Assembly: GCA_025961275.1 (NCBI GenBank)
Contig: JAOQNJ010000001.1
Coordinates: forward strand, 59,353 to 83,352
Direction: 5' to 3'
Source of the DNA: Providencia alcalifaciens
GTDB lineage: Bacteria; Pseudomonadota; Gammaproteobacteria; Enterobacterales; Enterobacteriaceae
DNA length: 24,000 nucleotides
Of this stretch, positions 17,794-24,000 are shown in pieces (position 1 is the stretch's first letter; every line of letters starts with the position of its first letter). Under the pieces are notes generated by a model that was given only the letters and a program-made list of their open reading frames with translations, was not told where the DNA came from and made no database searches. The position numbers were made by a program, and so were the translations under genes.

Positions 17794-17811
17794 ATTTTTC
17801 AAGGAGTTGTT

Positions 17812-18132
17812 ATGTTTATAGTTTGTGTCGCGGCGTGCCCTACAGGAGTTGCTCATACTTATATGGCTGCGGAATCGCTCGATATTATTGGGAAAAAAAG
17901 AGGACATGAAATAAAAGTTGAAACCCAGGGAAGTATGGGGATTGAAAATGAAATTACAGATGAAGATTTAGCGCGTGCAGATGCGGTCGTGCTTGCAGCA
18001 GATGTTGCCATTATCAATAGAGAGCGCTTTGATGGGATGATTAAACTTGAATGCAGCGTTGCAGATCCCATTAAGCACGGAGATGCCATTTTTGATGCGA
18101 TAGAGCAGGAGATAAATAATGGTGAAGTTTAA
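17812..18132 (+). CDS. PTS fructose-family EIIB component (FrwB/FryB-like)
   Basis: The 106-aa ORF has VAACPTGVAHTYMAAESL with the active-site Cys in the CP(T/S)GVAHT motif, and KVETQGSMG. AAGGAG lies 5 nt upstream of the ATG. Confidence 0.9.
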   Translation: MFIVCVAACPTGVAHTYMAAESLDIIGKKRGHEIKVETQGSMGIENEITDEDLARADAVVLAADVAIINRERFDGMIKLECSVADPIKHGDAIFDAIEQEINNGEV

Positions 18133-19234
18133 AGGGGGCTCAACACCAGGTATTGGTACTGAGATTAAAAATGCCATTATGACCGGTGTATCATGGATGC
18201 TGCCATTCGTGATTGCAGGTGCAGTGATTATGGGTATTTCTCGTATCGGTGCATCGATGTATGGCATTGATAATATTTGGGATTCAAGCCATGCAGAAGC
18301 GACCAATGTCATCATTCAGATGCTACATAAATTTGATGGTTTTGGTGGATTAGCGCTGTCATTAATGCTGCCTATTGTCGCGGGCTATATCAGTTTTGCG
18401 ATAGCTAATAAGCCAGGTTTAGCACCCGGTATGGTGGGTGGATTACTGGCGAGCAATCTCGGAACTGGCTTTCTTGGCGCGCTTGCAGCTGGGTTTATTG
18501 CTGGATGTATGGTTCGATTATTGGCTAAATATATCAAACTACCAAAGTCACTTGCTTCAGCAGGGCCAATCTTTATCTTGCCAGTAGGTGGAATATTACT
18601 AACCTGTTGCATCATGGCATTTGTGATTGGCGCTCCTTTAGCTGCGCTTAACCATGGAATGGAAAATTGGTTATTATCCATGTCTGGTTCTAACAAGATT
18701 ATTTTAGCGATGGTTATTGGTGCGATGGTGGGCTTTGACCTTGGTGGACCGATAAATAAAGCCGCTGTCACCACCGCAATGGCATTGTTGGCATCGGGAA
18801 TTTATGAACCAAATACTGCGGCACAAGTTGCTATCATTATTCCACCGATTGGTATTGGTGTAGCAACCTTAATATGGGCAAAACGTTTTCCAGAATCTTT
18901 GCGTGAAGCAGGAAAAGCCTCCACATTAATGGGATTAATTGGGGTTTCAGAAGGTGCAATTCCATTTGCTTTAGCGAATCCAAAAATCATCATTATTAAT
19001 ATTATTGGCTCTGCAACGGGCGCGGCAATGGCTGTCGGCCTTGGTACGTTAAACCATGCACCTATTTCTGGATTTTATGGATGGTTAGCTGTGGATAAAT
19101 GGCCGATATATGTATTATCGGTAGCGGTGGGCTCCGCAATTATTACAGTTGGGTCATTATTAATTTTTCGTGGGGCTGAACCAGTAGAAAATAAAAAAAC
19201 AGAAGCTGCTCCTAAATTTAAAGTAGGTCGTTAA
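18119..19234 (+). CDS. PTS fructose-family EIIC permease (FrwC/FryC-like)
   Basis: The 371-aa polytopic membrane protein has MTGVSWMLPFVIAG, FDLGGPINKAA and GVSEGAIPFA, which are characteristic of fructose-type IIC. It overlaps the IIB gene by 14 nt, and AGGAG lies 8 nt upstream of its ATG. Confidence 0.9.
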   Translation: MVKFKGGSTPGIGTEIKNAIMTGVSWMLPFVIAGAVIMGISRIGASMYGIDNIWDSSHAEATNVIIQMLHKFDGFGGLALSLMLPIVAGYISFAIANKPGLAPGMVGGLLASNLGTGFLGALAAGFIAGCMVRLLAKYIKLPKSLASAGPIFILPVGGILLTCCIMAFVIGAPLAALNHGMENWLLSMSGSNKIILAMVIGAMVGFDLGGPINKAAVTTAMALLASGIYEPNTAAQVAIIIPPIGIGVATLIWAKRFPESLREAGKASTLMGLIGVSEGAIPFALANPKIIIINIIGSATGAAMAVGLGTLNHAPISGFYGWLAVDKWPIYVLSVAVGSAIITVGSLLIFRGAEPVENKKTEAAPKFKVGR

Positions 19235-19331
19235 TCGCATCGTTATATTATTAAAACAATAATATATTAATTAGCGTTTATAACGTTATGGATCCGTTCA
19301 CCCTAAAAAAGATTATTTAAAGGTTACATAA

Positions 19332-21917
19332 ATGAAAACCGTACATTTAATTCAACACACTCACTGGGATCGGGAATGGTATTTCACTGAAAATGATTCT
19401 AAAGTTATTCTTTATTATTTTATGAATGATTTAATGAATCATTTGGAAGAAGACCCGTCTCTAGGTCCTTTTATTCTTGATGGACAAACGGTGGTGTTGG
19501 AAGATTATTTACAAATTGCACCAGAGCAGCGTGAACGTTTACAACAATTAATTAAACAAGGCCGAATTCTTATTGGGCCTTGGTATACCCAAACAGATTT
19601 TTTAGTTGTCGGTGCCGAGTCTATTGTTCGTAATTTACTTTTAGGACGAGCAGATTGTGAAGCTTGGGGTAGCTATATGCCTGTTGGTTATGTGCCTGAC
19701 TCATTCGGGCAAAGTGCTCAGCTTCCTCTATTTTTAAATGAATTTGGTATTAAGCATGCCGTGGTGTGGCGTGGGTGGTGCGAACATGATGTAGCAAATA
19801 GTGAATTTATCTGGAAATCCCACTCAGGACATCATGTCACGGCAGCAGTGTTGCCTTGGGGATATGGTTGCGCCAAATGGTTGCCAGATAATACAGAGAA
19901 AGCACTAACCGTACTCCCGACGATCCTTGAAAAACAAGCTCGTTTTGCGCATTCAGACCAAGTTTTATTGCCGAACGGTAATGACCAATCGCCATTTGAA
20001 TACACGGTTCCTGCAATGTTAGAGCGCTTGAATACCGAGCAAAAAGAGTATTATTTTGTAAAAAGTAGCTTCAGTACCTTTTTCGAGGCTTTACAAGCGA
20101 AAAGCCAACAACTTACTGAATTTAGTGGTGAACTACTTAGCCCTAAATATATGCGTGTCCATCGTGGAATTTTCTCCACTCGCATGGATATAAAATTACT
20201 CAATGCTCAGCTTGAACAATTTGTGAGCCAGCAACTCGAACCATTATTATCGATCAATTGGCGATTAGGACTGCCTTATCCACACACTGCAGTGGAAAAT
20301 ATCTGGCGTGAAGCGATGCAATCCCATGCACATGACAGTATTGGTGGATGTAATTCAGATAGAGTCAACAGTATGGTTAAAGCGCGATTAAAAGATGGAT
20401 TAGAAAGTGCAAACCAATTGTATGATCTCAATATGAAAATGTTAGCGAGAGGGGTTGAAGCAACGCAGGAAGGTAAGAAAATAATTGTATTCAACTCACT
20501 CCCTCATAAACGTGACGCACAGGTTCGTATTACCTTATATACGCCAGAGACTGATTTTTGTATCAAGGATCACAATGGTAAAGCCTGTCGTTGGCAGTTA
20601 ATCCAAGAACAACCTCAAGATATGTCATTGATTGTTCAAGAACTAGCGAATAGTACAACAACAACGTGGTATCGCAAATGTGAAGTATTACTTGAAGTAA
20701 CGGATTTACCTTCTTGTGGTTATCGCACGCTTTACCTTCAAGAAGGACAAGCTGCGGGCTTTGAATTTGAACCTCAAATGCAAGAACAAAATGCATTAGA
20801 AAATGAATGGCTACGGCTTGAAATCAATCAAGGCGAATTAACATTAATTGATAAACGTAGTCAGCAACGTTATCCGCATGTTTTACGTTTAGTCGATGGT
20901 GGAGATTTTGGAGATAATTACAACTATTCCCCACCAGAAGAAGATTGGTTGATTAGTAGTGATGGACACTTACAGCAATTTGAATGTGTGAGAGCGCCAT
21001 TAATGGATAGTTTTATTTTGAATTGGAAAATGCCAGTTCCACAAAATGCACAAGCTCGCCAAGCACATCAATTAAACGCTGTTTTAGAAACGACCATGAA
21101 GGTTTCTTTACCTCATGATAACGCATGGTTAGATATTGAAGTTACGGTCAATAATACGATTCAAGATCACCGTTTACAGGTTGAGATACCAACCGAAATT
21201 CTACAAGAATTCCATTTTGCTGATCAACCATTTGGTTTAATTCAGAGAGAAAATCAGCCAGCAGCACTTGAGCTTTGGCAAAATGAAAACTGGTCCGAGG
21301 CTCCAACGGCTTTGTACCCAATGCAAAGTCTCGTTATGCAACATAATGATCATCAAGGAATATGTGTCGTTACAGAAGGTTTACGTGAATATGAAATTCC
21401 AGCATCTCGTACTGATGTGATTGGATTGACCTTATTCCGAAGTGTTGGTTGGTTAGGTCAAGCAAACCTAACTTGGCGTCCAGGGCGGGCCTCTGGCATG
21501 GTTTTACCTTCACCGGATTCACAAATTCAGGGTATTCATCATTTTCATTTTGCTGTGTTACCAATGCATCAAGGCCAAGATACCGATTTCTGGCGAAATG
21601 TGGAACATTGGCGCTTACCCGCGTTCGGTTATTTAGATTCAGGTTGGTCACAATTTAAAATGAATCCACATTATATTGTTTTTCCTGAAAATTATAGTCT
21701 TTTGACTTGGGATTGTAACTTGCATTTCAGTACGCTAAAAAAAGCGCAAAACGAGGATGCATTAGTGTTACGTAGCTGGAATCCTAGTTTCGAACCAATA
21801 ACGTACGAGTCGCCTAAGTCAAATACCAAGATCCAACAAGTTACTTTAGCTGAATCTGCGTGTACCAATACGGATAGTGCAGCGCCTTGTGCGCCAGTGT
21901 CTTGGTTAATTAGTTAA
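19332..21917 (+). CDS. Glycoside hydrolase family 38 alpha-mannosidase (MngB-like, cytoplasmic)
   Basis: The 861-aa ORF has HTHWDREWYFT, GPWYTQTD, ESIVRNLL, VPDSFGQS, LPNGNDQ, MRVHRGIFSTRMDIK and HAHDSIGGC. It is colinear with E. coli MngB and other GH38 enzymes and has no signal peptide. Confidence 0.92.
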   Translation: MKTVHLIQHTHWDREWYFTENDSKVILYYFMNDLMNHLEEDPSLGPFILDGQTVVLEDYLQIAPEQRERLQQLIKQGRILIGPWYTQTDFLVVGAESIVRNLLLGRADCEAWGSYMPVGYVPDSFGQSAQLPLFLNEFGIKHAVVWRGWCEHDVANSEFIWKSHSGHHVTAAVLPWGYGCAKWLPDNTEKALTVLPTILEKQARFAHSDQVLLPNGNDQSPFEYTVPAMLERLNTEQKEYYFVKSSFSTFFEALQAKSQQLTEFSGELLSPKYMRVHRGIFSTRMDIKLLNAQLEQFVSQQLEPLLSINWRLGLPYPHTAVENIWREAMQSHAHDSIGGCNSDRVNSMVKARLKDGLESANQLYDLNMKMLARGVEATQEGKKIIVFNSLPHKRDAQVRITLYTPETDFCIKDHNGKACRWQLIQEQPQDMSLIVQELANSTTTTWYRKCEVLLEVTDLPSCGYRTLYLQEGQAAGFEFEPQMQEQNALENEWLRLEINQGELTLIDKRSQQRYPHVLRLVDGGDFGDNYNYSPPEEDWLISSDGHLQQFECVRAPLMDSFILNWKMPVPQNAQARQAHQLNAVLETTMKVSLPHDNAWLDIEVTVNNTIQDHRLQVEIPTEILQEFHFADQPFGLIQRENQPAALELWQNENWSEAPTALYPMQSLVMQHNDHQGICVVTEGLREYEIPASRTDVIGLTLFRSVGWLGQANLTWRPGRASGMVLPSPDSQIQGIHHFHFAVLPMHQGQDTDFWRNVEHWRLPAFGYLDSGWSQFKMNPHYIVFPENYSLLTWDCNLHFSTLKKAQNEDALVLRSWNPSFEPITYESPKSNTKIQQVTLAESACTNTDSAAPCAPVSWLIS

Positions 21918-21935
21918 TTATTAAAGGTATCATTT

Positions 21936-23486
21936 ATGCAAACATTTTTTTTTCGTTGCGAACTTTCGAATGGTATCCATGCTAGGCCTGCCAATGCATT
22001 GGAGCAACAAACAGCGAATTTTCAATCAGAGATAACGCTATTCAATAAGAGTAAATCTCGTCAGGCAAATGCTAAAAGTGTTTTGGCATTAGTCGGAGCA
22101 GATGTCACCATGGGTGATGAATGCTATTTTCAAATTCAAGGAATTGATGAAAATATTGCTTATGAAAAGCTCAAATCATTTATTGAACAAGAGTTTATGC
22201 ATTGTGATGCTCCAATTGTTCATGAAGAGTCTACAGAGCAACAAGCACTGCCTGTTTTTATCAGTCGCACAACATCCTCTATTTTGCGTGGAAATGGTGT
22301 TAGCAAAGGGCTAGCAAAGGGTAAAATTGTTTTTATTCATTCGCCAGATTTGCAAAATTTGGCCCAAGAAGAATCTGATAGTTCATTAGCTCAGCAATCC
22401 GAAGCACTCAAAAATGCATTGCAAATTGCACGTGAAAAACTTCGCTTTGATATTCAACATGCTGAGGGCGAAATTGCCAATATATTAGAGGCACAAAGTC
22501 AGTTACTTGATGATGAAGATGTTGAAGCGTGTTTACTTGAGCAAAATCAGGCACGCAATGAGATAGACGCATTGGCAATGGCAATTGAAGAATTAAGCCT
22601 GCCATTCCGTGAAAGTAGCAGCGAATATTTACGCCAACGTGAGTTGGATATTAAAGATTTAGGATTGCGGATTGCCATCAATCTTAATATTAAGTCCAAG
22701 ATTCAATTACCTGAATTAAAACAAGATTCTATTATTGTATGCCATGGGTTGTTAACACCGGGACAGTTACTGACATTACAAAGTCCTTATTTGCAAGGTG
22801 TGGTAATGGCTCAAGGTGCGGAAACATCACATACTGTTATTATAGCTCGCGCTAATTCTATTCCACTTATGTGTGTGAGTAATGATGCAATTGAAGCATT
22901 AAAAAATGCACACTCTTTACTACTGGATTCACGCTATGACGCGTTAGTTGTTGAGCCAGATATTCGTGCAGAGGATTGGTTTACGTTTGAAAACGACAAA
23001 TTATCTCGCTTATCGTTATTCAATGAGCAAACTGACTCTGACATGCCTGTGTTAACACCACACTTAGTCTTGCTTGATAAGGTGATAACTAGCAAAGATG
23101 AAGTGATCAAGATACTGACTGATAACTTAGAGATCAAGGGTCGTACTGATTCAGGCTCTCAGGTTGAATTTGCTATTTGGCAGCGCGAACAAATTTTCAG
23201 TACTGCTTTAGGATTTTCAATTGCTATTCCACATTGTAAATCGTTGGCTGTTAAGCACAGCAGTATTTCCGTATTGAGATTGTCTGAAGAATTAGCTTGG
23301 GGAGATAATGTTGATGTTAAATTAATCATTATGTTGACGATTAATGAAAATGAAGAAAATCAACATATGCGAATTTTTTCTGTACTCGCACGAAAATTAA
23401 TGCATGAATCGTTCCGTGATCAAATAATGACTGCTAAACACCCAAGTGAGGTCGTTGCTTTATTAGAGAAGGAATTGGCATTATAA
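21936..23486 (+). CDS. Multiphosphoryl transfer protein: HPr domain, Enzyme I N-terminal (HPr-binding plus phosphohistidine) domains and EIIA(Fru/Mtl type). The PEP-binding C-terminal domain of EI is absent.
   Basis: Residues 1-90 form the HPr domain, with NGIHARPA (His15, nt 21978-21980) and KS at 47-48. Residues ~115-345 are colinear with E. coli EI residues 1 to ~250, including GAETSHTVIIARANSIPLM (His299, nt 22830-22832). Residues ~372-516 are an EIIA-2 domain with AIPHCKS (His433, nt 23232-23234). Only about 25 residues link the EI swivel domain to IIA, so there is no room for the ~300-aa PEP-utilizer TIM barrel. Confidence 0.88.
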   Translation: MQTFFFRCELSNGIHARPANALEQQTANFQSEITLFNKSKSRQANAKSVLALVGADVTMGDECYFQIQGIDENIAYEKLKSFIEQEFMHCDAPIVHEESTEQQALPVFISRTTSSILRGNGVSKGLAKGKIVFIHSPDLQNLAQEESDSSLAQQSEALKNALQIAREKLRFDIQHAEGEIANILEAQSQLLDDEDVEACLLEQNQARNEIDALAMAIEELSLPFRESSSEYLRQRELDIKDLGLRIAINLNIKSKIQLPELKQDSIIVCHGLLTPGQLLTLQSPYLQGVVMAQGAETSHTVIIARANSIPLMCVSNDAIEALKNAHSLLLDSRYDALVVEPDIRAEDWFTFENDKLSRLSLFNEQTDSDMPVLTPHLVLLDKVITSKDEVIKILTDNLEIKGRTDSGSQVEFAIWQREQIFSTALGFSIAIPHCKSLAVKHSSISVLRLSEELAWGDNVDVKLIIMLTINENEENQHMRIFSVLARKLMHESFRDQIMTAKHPSEVVALLEKELAL

Positions 23487-23772
23487 CAAATTAAAGTAAC
23501 ATTCATTTAAAATAAATATTAAGTATTGTTAAAAAAGTTTTTAATTTAAAAACGAAATAACAATCAATAATGTTGAGATAACTCATAATTCTTTTTAATT
23601 TTACAGTTAAAAGAATAGGGATGGCTTTGCCAAAAAATAGGTTTAGCCATCTATCAATAAATAAAAATACAGGAGGAGGTTTAATTTAATTAGCTAACCA
23701 CAGTTCAAGTATACAGAAATAAATATCATTATTAAAAACTACAAAATATAATTTTAGTATAGGAACAAATTG

Positions 23773-24000
23773 ATGAAACATTTAACTCTTGGTATCTCTA
23801 CACTGCTGATTTGCTCTGCTGCTAACGCAACTTATATTGATTATCGTCACGAATGGTTAGGTGATGAGCATCGTCATGAAGACCGCATTAAAATTGGTCA
23901 TAGCATGCAAAATGGCACCTATTTTAGCCTTGAAGGTAAGTGGAGAAGCAAAGATGGTGGCTTCATAGAAAATTTATCCTCAAAAGGTAATGAAGTCGAG
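23773..24000 (+). CDS. KdgM-family (oligogalacturonate/NanC-type) outer-membrane porin, 5' partial (76 codons, runs off the window)
   Basis: My own translation gives MKHLTLGISTLLICSAANA/TYIDYRHEWLGDEHRHEDRIKIGHSMQNGTYFSLEGKWRSKDG. That is a signal peptide ending ANA, followed by the IDYRHE...DR...H...G...EGKW beta-strand pattern I associate with KdgM-family porins. SD AGGAA lies 7 nt upstream of the ATG. Confidence 0.6.
   Translation, partial: MKHLTLGISTLLICSAANATYIDYRHEWLGDEHRHEDRIKIGHSMQNGTYFSLEGKWRSKDGGFIENLSSKGNEVE

Noticed and set aside
17859-23137. Nested or antisense ORFs in the IIB, IIC, GH38 and MTP genes (17859-18089, 17968-18315, 18385-18774, 18802-18993, 20276-20494, 20563-20796, 21370-21651, 21449-21658, 22102-22314, 22408-22605, 22934-23137).
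   Set aside because: All lie inside well-supported genes, and none has an SD or a recognisable domain.
23671-23679. A very strong SD-like AGGAGGAGG in the MTP-porin spacer, suggesting a missed small gene.
   Set aside because: No ATG, GTG or TTG lies within 5-12 nt downstream (the following sequence is TTTAATTTAATTAG), and stop codons follow immediately in all frames.
1-24000. A search for defence systems, CRISPR arrays, toxin-antitoxin pairs, integrases, transposases, IS ends and tRNA, rRNA or tmRNA genes.
   Set aside because: None was found. Every long ORF is accounted for by metabolism, transport or regulation homologues. There are no regularly spaced repeats and no terminal inverted repeats that I could detect by eye.

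Overview
This is an AT-rich, enterobacterial-type chromosomal segment. Most proteins are recognisably colinear with E. coli K-12 orthologues. The low GC suggests Morganellaceae such as Proteus or Providencia, but that is inference and was not computed.

Left to right the window holds:
- about 1.3 kb of ORF-free AT-rich DNA carrying a tight DnaA-box cluster;
- a stand-alone fliZ homologue with no fliA upstream;
- convergent putA, the divergent put control region with GTTGCA PutA operator motifs, and putP;
- convergent cycA;
- a 1.26 kb ORF-free spacer;
- a complete sgcX-B-C-Q-A-E-R-like galactitol-family PTS operon whose substrate is unknown even in E. coli, behind a candidate class II CRP promoter;
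- a 0.93 kb ORF-free spacer;
- a second sugar locus;
- the 5' end of a KdgM-family outer-membrane porin.

The second sugar locus starts with an unrecognisable 149-aa ORF whose 3' end is a strong intrinsic terminator. It continues with split fructose-family PTS IIB and IIC genes, a cytoplasmic GH38 alpha-mannosidase (MngB-like) and a 516-aa HPr-EI(N-terminal)-IIA(Fru) fusion.

I saw no tRNA or rRNA genes, CRISPR array, transposase, integrase or recognisable defence genes.

Two things deserve most attention. The fusion protein keeps all three phosphohistidine sites but lacks the PEP-binding domain of Enzyme I, giving a DhaM-like relay design attached to a mannoside PTS. The ORF-plus-terminator leader directly upstream of that operon looks like an attenuation device. 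The rest of the window is ordinary core metabolism.
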